Positions 13,411 to 23,780 of a DNA stretch of 64,000 nucleotides are shown piece after piece. Numbering within the stretch: the stretch's first letter is position 1; each line of letters begins with the position of its first letter. The notes under the pieces are model-generated. The model made no database searches. It was not told where the DNA came from and worked only from the letters and a program-made list of their open reading frames with translations. The position numbers and the translations under genes were made by a program. Where the stretch lies: NCBI GenBank assembly GCA_951406725.2, contig OX597820.1:87482001-87546000 (forward strand), in the 5' to 3' direction. This DNA comes from Octopus vulgaris (lineage: Eukaryota).

Positions 13411-13520
13411 AGATAATATATATATACCCATCCATTTGTTATTTTCACCCTTAGAAATGCAATGAACAGATGATTGAACCATTAGAAACTTAAAACCAAT
13501 TCACTAATTGTAATTTATAA

Positions 13521-13900
13521 TCTCTTATTATAAAAGGCAGATTTTATCTGCCTCCCTTTGGGAGTTATACAAATCTACAATATAGGATTTCTTCAATTAC
13601 AATTTACCTGGCATTTTTAAGAGTACAATGCATCGCGTCATGCCAGGTCCAGTTTTTAAAATTTAAACTCCAATTAAGCAAAATTTACAGAAAACTCACA
13701 TTCTGGTGTGTGTGTCAAATGCTTTTCTTAGTCTGGTTTACACCACACGCAAACGCACACACACAGTGGGCAACGAATAAAATGAAAGTAAATAGCGGAC
13801 AGAGTGATTTGAGGAAGACTAAAGTGAAAGTATTCTGTCTATGACGATGATAGATACATGAGTAAAATGTATGGGAAGCTAAGAGCTAAGAGTGAGTGAA
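13521..13900 (+). mobile_element. Helitron-like element, family H1 (5' portion)
   Basis: Begins A|TCTCTTATTATAAAAGGCAGA. The first 195 bp or so match 17870-18061 in inverted orientation. No 3' end was identified. Confidence 0.55.
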
Positions 13901-13945
13901 AATGTTCTTGGAAGAGAGTAATTAGTAATAAAGTAAACATACACT

Positions 13946-14227
13946 CATACATACATACATACATACATACATACATACATACATACATACATACATACAC
14001 ACATACACACACACATACATACACACACACATACATACACACACACATACATACATATACATACATACATACATACATATACATACATACATACACACAC
14101 ACACATACACACACACACAGTATTGAAGCTTGAGAACAATCAGATACATTTGCAACACATCTGTTGAAAATATTATTGTTCACACACATACATATACATA
14201 TATACATACAGACAGACAGACAGATAG

Positions 14228-14256
<29 letters not shown>
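13946..14256. repeat. Compound (TACA)n/(CA)n microsatellites
   Basis: Seen directly; the source of several spurious ORFs. Confidence 0.95.
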
Positions 14257-14258
<2 letters not shown>

Positions 14259-14319
14259 ATCCAGCATGGCCACAACCTCAAGGCTGAAACATATAAAAGA
14301 ATAACAGAATATAAATGTG

Positions 14320-14670
14320 TGCAAAGTACAAGAAATATTAATGCAGTATATGGGGATTGGACAATAAGCGTAAGGCAGTGTCAATGGTGGTTCCAGAAAT
14401 CCTGAGCCATAAACTACAGCCTAGAAGACGAGCCTCATCCTGAAAGATCTGTAGAACTCGACAAGGACATCCTGAAAACCCTGGTGGAACAAAATATCAT
14501 CGTAACTGTTGAGGAACTAGCAGAGAAGCTTGGATTTGGTCATTCAACCATTCATTGAGACCTGTGTGCTATCGGAAAAGTCAGCAAATTGGGTCAATGG
14601 GTTCCTCACGAATTTTCCGAGTCTAATTGCATGCAGAGAGTGAATGTATGCTTTTCTTTGCTGTCATATC
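14320..14670 (+). mobile_element. Mariner transposase N-terminal (HTH) fragment
   Basis: INAVYGDWTISVRQCQWWFQK...LEDE...EELAEKLGFGHSTIH...GKVSKLGQWVPHE, containing the WVPHEL motif. Confidence 0.85.
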
Positions 14671-14693
14671 TCACCACTACTGCGCTATGTATA

Positions 14694-15331
14694 TCTATAT
14701 ATATAAAACTGTAGTTGTGTGAGTGTCTGTCCCCTTCGATTTAGATTCCTAACTACTCCCACATTTTGCGGTACAGTTTAACCAAATTCGGGTAGCTTAT
14801 AGTTGTGATTCATATCGAGCCCGTCTGAATATTAGCGCGCGTCTACGATGAGTCTACGATTTTAAAAATAATTTAACATCATTTTTTATTCCATTTTAAT
14901 GCATAATTTTTCGGGTGTCGATGGCGGCGGAGTTGGCGTCCACGCTCACACCTGCACCTGTGGGGAAGGGAGTGTAAGGAAATCAACGTCGTAATGCGTT
15001 GTCAAGGAGACCAGTGTTCTTTTAGAACAACGACTTCATGGCTTGAAGACACCAAAACAGAAATGGCTAAGAAAGCGTCTACATGAGTCTACGATTTAAA
15101 AAAAAATTTACCATCGTTTTTTTTCCATTTTAATGCATTTTTTCGCTATTATATAAGGGAAGTAACTCTCTAAAAATGTCTACGATGAGTCAACGATTTA
15201 AAAAAAAAATTTACCATCATATTTTTTCCATTTTTAATGCATTTTTTGCTATTTTTTGGCTATAACTCTCTAAAAATGCTTATATAGTTATTTCCCTTAC
15301 AAACCCGAGCAACGCCGGGCGATACTGCTAG
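14694..15331 (+). mobile_element. Non-autonomous Helitron, family H2
   Basis: A|TC start at 14694, a subterminal hairpin CCCG-AGCAACGC-CGGG, and a CTAG|T end at 15331. Inserted in an AT dinucleotide. Confidence 0.9.
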
Positions 15332-15479
15332 TTGATAATAAATAAATGTTATAATACAAGTAAGGGAGAGAACAATTGACAAATTCAATTTCTAACTTGT
15401 TTATAAAAAAATTTCATGATTACATTTCTTAAATGTACTTGGCTTAATGCTTTTTTTTTTGTCAAATGTCCAATGATAA

Positions 15480-15623
15480 ATTCATAAATAATTTTATCAT
15501 CATGTATCAAGCTTCTTGGATTCAGTCTTAAAAATTCTTCAGTCTTGTTATAAGGATCAATTTTTTCATATTTAAAAGGAATTCCTTTCTCCAAGAGAGC
15601 AATCCCAACTCTTTGGCAAAATG
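15480..15623 (-). pseudogene. Duplicated fragment of the neighbouring GST gene
   Basis: Aligns with about 19003-19159. Translates FCQRVGIALLEKGIPFKYEKIDPYNKTEEFLRLNPRS----LIHDDKIIYE, with an in-frame 12-nt deletion that removes the VP loop. Confidence 0.92.
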
Positions 15624-15695
15624 TCCGTGATAAATTCTTTACATTATTTTAACCCTATAAAGCCTAACTGAAGCTAAAAAATGTTTTATAAGTGA

Positions 15696-16541
15696 CTAGC
15701 AGAATTGCCCGGCGTTGCTCGGGGCTGAATTGTTTGAAAGTACTGTTAATGATTGCACTGAATTATGATGATTATTCAGGCAAATATTGATATAAGTTTA
15801 CGTTGGGAGATAAGGACTTAACAATCAAACGTGTGCCATTGCATTGTTTTGGGGGAACCAAATTTCTGATGAGCATTATAGGGGCACCGACTCTAAGTTT
15901 GAGAATGTGTGGTGTTAGTCCGGGGTGCTCAAAGGAATTGAGTACTTCTATTGGATAGTTGATGACGTCCTGTGGGTCATGAGTTGTATTGATAGACTGA
16001 TATACATAGACTTCCCCAGGAATGAGTTTTAGCATTTCATCATTAATATGGTGAACAGTTTTATTCCTCGGGGCCAGTATAGCCTTTTGGCCAATCCAAT
16101 CCATATTCTGATAATTAGCTTCTAGATCTTGGAACACTGCATCTCTGAGATCAGAAGGCATCTTAACAATGGTACAAATGGAATCGATGGCAATATTACC
16201 ATTTTCATCCCCTGGTATTTTGCCTTCGCCAAGTGCAAGGAGGGTGTGAGGAAATGCTGCTGATGTGATATTACATCGCATATGAGCACGCATATTGGTG
16301 TGAAGTTTGAGAGTTACTTCCCTTTATTAAAAAAATATGCATTAAAATGGGAGAAAATGATGGTAAATTATTTGTAAAATCGTAGACTCATCGTAGACGC
16401 GCGCTAATACCCAGAAGGGCTCGATATGAATCACGACTATAAGATACTCGGTTTTGGTTAAACTGCATCGCAAAATGTGGGAGTAGTTAGGAATCTAAAT
16501 CGGAGTAGACAGACACACAACCTTTCTTTTATATATAAAGA
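15696..16541 (-). mobile_element. Helitron family H2, internally deleted, retaining a PIF1-like helicase fragment (15772-16293)
   Basis: A|TC start at 16541, the same 3' hairpin as the other H2 copy, and a CTAG|T end at 15696. The ORF has AILAPRN, E.LNS...G..PH.LKLRVGAPIMLIRNL and CNGTRL, which are Helitron helicase motifs. Confidence 0.93.
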
Positions 16542-16542
16542 T

Positions 16543-17280
16543 TTTCGTCCGTCCTAAAAAACTTTGTGCAGAGTGAATGGTTACCTCTATGGAAATATAT
16601 ACACACACATTATAGATACATGTGTGTATAGATGAATATATAAATACATTTAAATATCTATATACACTTTTGGGCGATCTTTCTGCTACTTGGATATACT
16701 TTAGATCTTATATTCGTCCAGTTCGTCCTAAATAACTTTGTATGGAGTGAATGGTTACCTCTATGGAAATATATACACACACATTATACATACATGTGTG
16801 TGTCTATATACACTTTTGGGCGACTGCTACTTAGAGGTAACTTTAGATGTTATTTTCGTCCTAAAAAAACTTTGTGCGGAGTGAATGGTTACCTCTATGG
16901 AAATATATACACACACATTATAGATACATGTGTGTATAGATGAATATATAAATACATTTAAATATCTATATACACTTTTGGGCGATCTTTCTGCTACTTG
17001 GATATACTTTAGATCTTATATTCGTCCAGTTCGTCCTAAATAACTTTGTATGGAGTGAATGGTTACCTCTATGGAAATATATACACACACATTATACATA
17101 CATGTGTGTGTCTATATACACTTTTGGGTGACTGCTACTTAGAGATAACTTTAGATGTTATTTTCGTCCTAAAAAAACTTTGTGCGGAGTGAATGGTTAC
17201 CTCTATGGAAATATATACACACACATTATAGATACATCTGTGTATAGATGAATATATAAATACATTTAAATATCTATATA
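16543..17280. repeat. Minisatellite with alternating 174/134-bp monomers (308-bp higher-order unit)
   Basis: The marker TTACCTCTATGGAAATATAT occurs at 16581, 16755, 16889, 17063 and 17197. Confidence 0.92.
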
Positions 17281-17299
17281 GCTTACAATTTCTTTCTGT

Positions 17300-18061
17300 C
17301 AACAATTGACAACAGAAGTACGCTCACCAATTAATACTACCAAAATTTAACGACAGAAAGTAAATTAAAAACCAATTTACCTTTTCTGTATTGTTATGGC
17401 AATTCGACCGTCGGTGTGTTTTTGCAAATGTGTTTGAATGAGAAGTGAGTTGTGTTTGGCGCCTTTTTTACTAATAACAAACACACACGTGTTTGTATGT
17501 AGTTGTTTGAAACGTTTGTGTTTGTCACTGTCATATATGTATGTGTATGCGTGAGGAATGGCAAACCAGATAGATAGCGCGCGAATTTCTTTTGAAGTTC
17601 GCGCTCCGCTTGTGTGTGTGTGTGTGTGTGCGTGCTTTAGGTGTACGTAGGTATGTGTGTCACTGAAGCCATACATACATATATACATACATAACCTCTC
17701 TCTCTCTTTTCTCTCTCAGTCACTCACTACAAAAAGTGAATTACTTTCACTTTAATCGTTGCACACTTGCAAAGAGAAAGGAGGAGAAATTAGGGTGATA
17801 GCATCAGTGAAGCAGTTCGCTCCGTTTGTGTGTGTGTGCTGTAGCCCACACTAAGAAAAGCAATTGACTTACACACCACAATGTGAGTTTTCTCTAAATT
17901 TTGCTTAATTGGGGTTGAAATTTTAAAAACCGGACCTAGCACGACCCAATTTATTCTACTCTTAAAAATGCTAGGTAAATTGTAATTGAAGAAATCCTAT
18001 ATTGTAGATTTCTATAAGAGACAAAGGGAGGCAGATAAAATCTGCCTTTTATAATAAGAGA
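17300..18061 (-). mobile_element. Helitron-like element, family H1 (second copy; probably continues through the minisatellite)
   Basis: A|TCTCTTATTATAAAAGGCAGA start at 18061 on the minus strand, homologous to 13521-13715. Confidence 0.55.
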
Positions 18062-18386
18062 TAGCTGTTATTGACCAGACTGTGATACAAATAAATCCCG
18101 TGATGGTGGTGATGAATTTTTTTTTCTTTCTGCATTACAGTATCACTTACCAAAATGTCACCAAATTGTTTTGCTCATATTTTCTCCTCCAAATTTTGGC
18201 AACAGAGTGACATAAAAATATCCTCTATTATTTCCTTCAAAATCAAATCAGGCAATGATCACTGGTCTACTCATTCATCAAGGTGACTAGAGCTAAACAA
18301 TAATAATGATTAATATACAGCTAATAGAGAAGCAAATAATACTGATTTAGAAATTTACATAACAAATTTTAGATATTTCTCAAAAA

Positions 18387-18392
18387 TTTATT
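18387..18392 (-). terminator. Candidate polyadenylation signal of the GST gene
   Basis: AATAAA on the minus strand about 150 nt past the stop codon. Confidence 0.4.
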
Positions 18393-18539
18393 TACTACTT
18401 TGATTACATTAATTTGAGGCAAAAAAAGACAAAAAATATAAAGCTATATTTAAAAAGTAATTCATAAAATATAGGCTTGCTTTAAAAATGTGATTTATGG
18501 TATTGATATTTCATTAATGAATCTTTCAGGCAACTTGTT

Positions 18540-19202
18540 CTAATGTTTTTTTACATATTTTTCAAAACCTGGGAGCAATTTCTCTACCTCAGCAAGAGTA
18601 GGTTTCACGCTCTCCCTGTTAAGACAAGCAGTGAGCCATTTCTGGAACCGAGGATACCAATCAATATCAGATGGTATTTCAAAACTTTTAAAATGTTTCA
18701 AAACTGGCAATCTTTGCATCCATGGAATCAGCATCATATCAACAAATGAAAATGAGTCCCCCATGAAGAAATTTCCAGTTGGAGACATGGCTTTCACAAA
18801 ACTTCCAATATTTTCAACAAAAGATTTCTGTGCTTCACCAAGATTTTCAGGATCTGATTTCAGAATTGCAAAAAAGAATGGAATTACTTTACTTGCAGCA
18901 TAATCACCCCAGATACGAACTTGAGCCTTATCATAAGGTTGTTCCATCATAATTTTGGGTTTTTGTGGCCAAGCTTCATCAATATATTCCATACATACAG
19001 CAGATTCATAAATAATTTTATCATCATGTATCAGCACTGGTACCAAACCTCTTGGATTCAGTTTTAAAAATTCTTCAGTCTTCTTATAAGGATCAATTTC
19101 TTCATATTTAAAAGGAATTCCTTTCTCCAAGAGAGCAATCCAGACTCTTTGGCAAAATGGACAAAACCAGGAACTTGCAAACCTGAGTGATGAATCAGAC
19201 AT
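18540..19202 (-). CDS. Glutathione S-transferase, omega-like (Cys-type), CDS in a single exon
   Basis: Intact 220-aa ORF with SSWFCPFCQRVWIALLEKGI, LNPRGLVPVL (cis-Pro), IYESAVCMEYIDE and the C-domain N-cap motif FFMGDSFSFVDMMLIPW. Splice acceptor TTTTCTTTTTTTTAG| lies 14 nt upstream of the ATG, so the exon starts at 19216. Confidence 0.95.
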   Translation of the reverse strand: MSDSSLRFASSWFCPFCQRVWIALLEKGIPFKYEEIDPYKKTEEFLKLNPRGLVPVLIHDDKIIYESAVCMEYIDEAWPQKPKIMMEQPYDKAQVRIWGDYAASKVIPFFFAILKSDPENLGEAQKSFVENIGSFVKAMSPTGNFFMGDSFSFVDMMLIPWMQRLPVLKHFKSFEIPSDIDWYPRFQKWLTACLNRESVKPTLAEVEKLLPGFEKYVKKH

Positions 19203-19414
19203 TTTTAAAAAGAAACCTAAAAAAAAGAAAAAGAAAAATATTCACAGAACACTGAACATTCAGAATATATATTAATTCTTAATTACTATAAATTACCAAA
19301 ATAATTATAGTTTATGAATCTTACACCAATGTCTGTCTTCTTTGGTATTAATCAGGAACTTTTTTATACTTTATCTCTTTACACTCTATATTTCTGCTTC
19401 TTGAATTTATCTTT

Positions 19415-19800
19415 TATCTTTTACATGTTTCAGTCATTAGACTATTGCCAAGCTGGAGTACAACCTTGAAGGATTTTTTGTTGAATAAATCAAACACAGT
19501 ACTGTACTTATTTCTTTTATTTTAAGACAGGTATTTATTCTATCAGTCTATGGCCACACTGCTAATTTACGAGGACATAAACACACCAACACCAGTTATC
19601 AAGTGGTGATGGGGGACAAACACAAAGACACATATACATATATATACAATGGGCTTCCTTCAGTTTCCGTGTACTAGATCCACACACAAGGCTTAACTCA
19701 AACTGAGGCGATAGTAGAAGACACTTGCCCTAGGTGCCACTGAACCCAGAACCATGTGGTTAGAAAGTAAGCTTCTTACTGCAGAGCCATGCCTGCACCT
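19415..19800 (-). mobile_element. SINE family B (in the inferred GST intron)
   Basis: Reverse-complement match to 12997-13410. Confidence 0.85.
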
Positions 19801-20138
19801 ATAAATAAATTTTCTAATAATTTCTAAAATACAAAAGGAAAGATGTGACACAAATAATACTCTGATAGACTAAATGCTTTGCTTTGCAGGATTTAGTTTT
19901 AACCTGCTTAGTCTAGAATTCAAATCCTACAGTTTCTTTTTGTTTGAAACATCAGTAAAATAAATGATAACCATACAAGTATTCACTAGACAATTTACTC
20001 TCTATACTAATTTGTTGTCTTCGACCTACACAAAAATATCAATAAGATATAACCATACTGATTCTTAATTCACAAGACTTTTTCAATAGATTCTGAATTT
20101 CACTAATAAAAATGTATAATGATGAGATCAATCATATT

Positions 20139-20600
20139 GGTTTCAAATTTTGGCATGAGGTCAGCAATATCGGGAAGCAGATAAGTCGATTACATCAACC
20201 CCAGTGCTCAACTGGTACTTATTTCATTGACCCTGGAAGGATAAAAGGCAAAACTGACTCTAGCAGAATTTGAACTCAGAATGTAAAGCCAGATGAAATT
20301 TTGCCAGCATGCTAACAATTCTGCCAACTCACTGCCAATCATATCAACTTCACAAGATCAATCATATTCTTCTCATGAGGAAAGGCAGCAAGCTGGCAGA
20401 AATGTTAGCATGCCAGGCGAAATGCTTAGCAGTATTTCGTCTGTCTTTATGTTCTGAGTTCAAATTCTACCAAGGTCAACTCTGCCTTTCATCCTTTTGG
20501 AGTCGAAAAATTAAGTATCAGTTGCATAGTAGGGTCACTCTAATCAACTGGTCCCCTCCCCCAAAATTTCAGGCCTTGTGTCAAGAGTAGAAAAGATTCT
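20139..20600. mobile_element. Head-to-head pair of family A SINEs (20139-20335 minus; 20380-20595 plus)
   Basis: Both match family A. ATTCTTCTCA is duplicated around the second copy, at 20366 and 20596. Confidence 0.85.
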
Positions 20601-21102
20601 TCTCACAAGGTCTACAATGGTTGAACCCAGAAGGTCAACCACAGTGACCACGTGAGGACTACTATATTGACTTCTTTCCCAATAAAGTTCAACCAGTGCT
20701 GCTTATCTTGCTCAGAATAATATTTAGCAAATTTTACTTCTTTAGAGATGAAGTCAAGTGATGCCTCCATGTGACTACAAAATCTGCTAGAGATAGTAGC
20801 CAAATTTCTCTCAAATTATACTCTTTTACCTTCAAAAGGAAGGAACATATTGGATTATGTAGTCCTGGGTATGCAACACCAGAGAGAAAGATGGAAGGCA
20901 ATGGCTGGAATGTCTCCAATCATAGATCTGCTCATCCAGAGTGAACAACAAATGATAACAATTTTTAAGATATACAAAAAAGAATTAGGGTTATTTAAAA
21001 TTCTATCAAAAATTATCTGAACCACAATTTCGTGTGTGAATACACATATATACACACACACATACAGATATATGTATATATATCTATATATATATACATA
21101 TA

Positions 21103-22314
21103 CAGGGTGTCCCAAAATTTAGGCAACCAACTTTTTTCAATTTTGCCAAAGCAAAATATTGTTATATTTCAGGTCAGAGCATTGCAGTGCAATGGTGAAG
21201 GAAACACAATTATGACACTACCGCGTTTATTCGATATGACCACAACTGTTTCAAATTACAGCTTTAAGTCTAGGTGTGAAAGCTTCACATGTGGCACACA
21301 GCTGTTTTTTTTTTTTTTGTAGAATCAAAGCTCATTCCTGGTGCACTTTTACCTTCAGAGCATTTAGCAAAGCATGAGGAGTGCTCAAGACCCTCATCTC
21401 CAGGCTGGACCAAACAGAAAAATCCAACATCCTTCCTATGAACAATGGAATATTTTTCTGAATCTAGTGTTACGTCTGTTTGGAGCTGTGGGATGGTGCT
21501 GAGTCCTGTTGGAGGCTCCAAGGTGCACCTTGAAAGTGCTCATTCATTCATGAAAGCAGTTCAGCTTCCAGAAGGCTGCTAATGTATCGCTCGGTGTTAA
21601 TTTTAACACCCAAGGACACAAAAACAAGGGGAGACCTTCCAGCGGCTATCACAGCCACCCAAACCATAACTGACTGTAGATTTAGACGTCAATTTACAAG
21701 TCTACCCTCGACAGAGCCAGATACACCCCAAAGTCAGTCATTCTGGTGGTTTACAGTTTGTTCAATGTCAAATTCCTTTTCATCAGTGAACACCAGGTTG
21801 GGCAGTGTACCTTCAGTAATCTGACGCATGATAAAACAACCTCTCTCCAGTCTCAAGGCCTTATAAACTTGCTAGCTCATGAAGGTGAATCATCTTGTAG
21901 GGGTAGTTTCTGAGATCTTCCTTCAGCACTCAGTACATTGATGTTCAACTTAACTTTGCTGTGGCAGCCAGTTTTCTGACAGAACAATGAGGATTTCACC
22001 ATATCTTTTCTCTGGTACTTTTGATAAGCTGAGGGATCCATGAGTCTCTTGAAATTTCTTGACAATTTTCCAAACTGTTGTTCGATTAATTTTAAGCTTT
22101 TGCTATAGCTGTATTACTTTTGCCTCCTTTGTGGAGGGTTATGATTGTATATCGGTCTACAGCCATTATTTAATCGATAAATCTGAATTTATTTAGTCTG
22201 AATCAAAACGACACACTAAGCTTTTATAATAATGTATAATTTTCATATCTTATCACATTTATTCATAGTTATTATAGCCCGAAACATCAGCTGTCTTAAT
22301 TTTTGAACACCCAG
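21103..22314 (-). mobile_element. Tc1/mariner-superfamily element (maT/DD37D-like) with a decayed transposase
   Basis: TA|CAGGGTGTCCCAAAA...TTTTGAACACCCAG|TA termini. Minus-strand LVFTDEKEFDIEQTVNHQND...SVMVWVAVIAAGRSPLVFV..GVKINTERY. Confidence 0.88.
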
Positions 22315-22325
22315 TATATATTCTT

Positions 22326-22356
<31 letters not shown>

Positions 22357-22364
22357 TATAAAAT

Positions 22365-23350
22365 CATCATCTTTTAACGTCCATTTTTCATGCTTGCAAG
22401 GGTCAGACACTTCAAGAGGAGCTGGCAAGTCAGAGGACTGCCTCAAGTTTCAATGTCTACTTTGTCTTGGTTTCTACAGCTGAATGCCAACTTCTACAGC
22501 TGAATGCCATACTTTAGAGTATACTGGGTGTTTTTTTACATCGCCCTGACACTGGTGAAGTCACCAAGTAACTGACAAGACAAAATCCTCAACTAAGTAA
22601 GGAGAGTAGTATTTATGCCAGATTTTGAAAGGTTAAAGTATTATAAAGGGACAGAAGCAGGTATCTTGGTGTGGATGGGGGAGACATACATACAAGCACA
22701 CAGAGAACAACTTTTCTTTCAAATACATTAAAATCATGAATAGAGATCAGTACTTTTTTTAGGCAGCTGTTTTCATCCATGTGCATCACATGACCACACC
22801 AGCACTGTCTTCTCTCTTACACATCTGATGCCTCTTATACACATTTTTTCTTTCAAACACATTTACATTTTCTTGTACATGCTCACTGACATTTCATCCT
22901 TTGCATATCCTCTACATTCACAGTCTACATTTCACTACAATGTAGCACAACTGTTCATACACAGGCCTCATACAATCTGCCTTTCACTCCAAAGGCAGTA
23001 GCTCTTTGAATTTTGTCCAGCCCATTCTTATTCCACCAACTACACTTTCAGAGCATCCTCCACCACAGCTAATTTGGTCGCCTATGTAACAGAAATCATT
23101 AACTACCGCTTAAGATCCCCATGGATTTTTGAGGTAATCTATTTCCTGTATGTCATAAGTGTTTATTGTTCCTACACATCTGCTTCACACAAAGACTACT
23201 TTCTCTCCTGACCTTCCTTTAACTCCACTGCACCTCTTATGCATCCATAGTTTGCACAAGGTACACTATTTGGAATTACCACTTACAGCTTTTCTACCTA
23301 TTGTGTAGGGTCATTTCCCTGAAGGAATTAGTAATTTGTCTACTTTCCTG
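22365..23350 (-). mobile_element. RTE-clade LINE 3' portion with a PHD-finger-like insert
   Basis: Minus-strand GNSK*CTLCKLWMHKRCSGVKG, FCYIGDQISCGGGC and KGRLYEACV. (GAT)n-type RTE tail near 22365. Confidence 0.75.
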
Positions 23351-23394
23351 CTTAATAAAAGAAAACCTTGAACAAAATTTTTTTTTGTTTTTTT

Positions 23395-23780
23395 TCTATT
23401 CTAGGCGCAAGGCCTGAAATTTTTGGGGAGGGGTCCAGTCGATTAGATCAACCCCAGTACACAACTGGTACTTAAGTTATCGACCCTGAAAGGATGAAAA
23501 GCAAAGTTAACCTAGAAGGAATTTGAACTCAGAACGTAAAGACAGACGAAATACCTATTTCTTTACTACCCACAAGGGGCTAAACACAGAGAGGACAAAC
23601 AAGGACAGACAAATGGATTAAGTCGATTATATCGACCCCAGTGCATAACTGGTACTTATTTAATCGACCCTGAAAGGATGAAAGGCAAAGTCGACCTTGG
23701 CGGAATTTGAACTCAGAACATAGTGGCAGACGAAATACCGCTGAGCATTTCACCCGATATGCTAATGATTCAGCTCGCTG
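23395..23780 (-). mobile_element. SINE family A with internal duplication
   Basis: Has the same junction, GACGAAATACCTATTTCTTTACTACCCACAAGGGG, as 7616-7650. Confidence 0.88.

Noticed and set aside
15385-15594. Second functional GST gene
   Set aside because: It is a 144-bp fragment with no true start, no first catalytic Cys, a deleted cis-Pro loop and no C-terminal domain.
15772-16293. Host PIF1 helicase gene
   Set aside because: It is a partial domain enclosed within exact Helitron termini.
16543-17280. Possible CRISPR-like repeat-spacer array
   Set aside because: The intervening sequences are themselves repeated (no unique spacers), there are no cas genes, and the context is eukaryotic.
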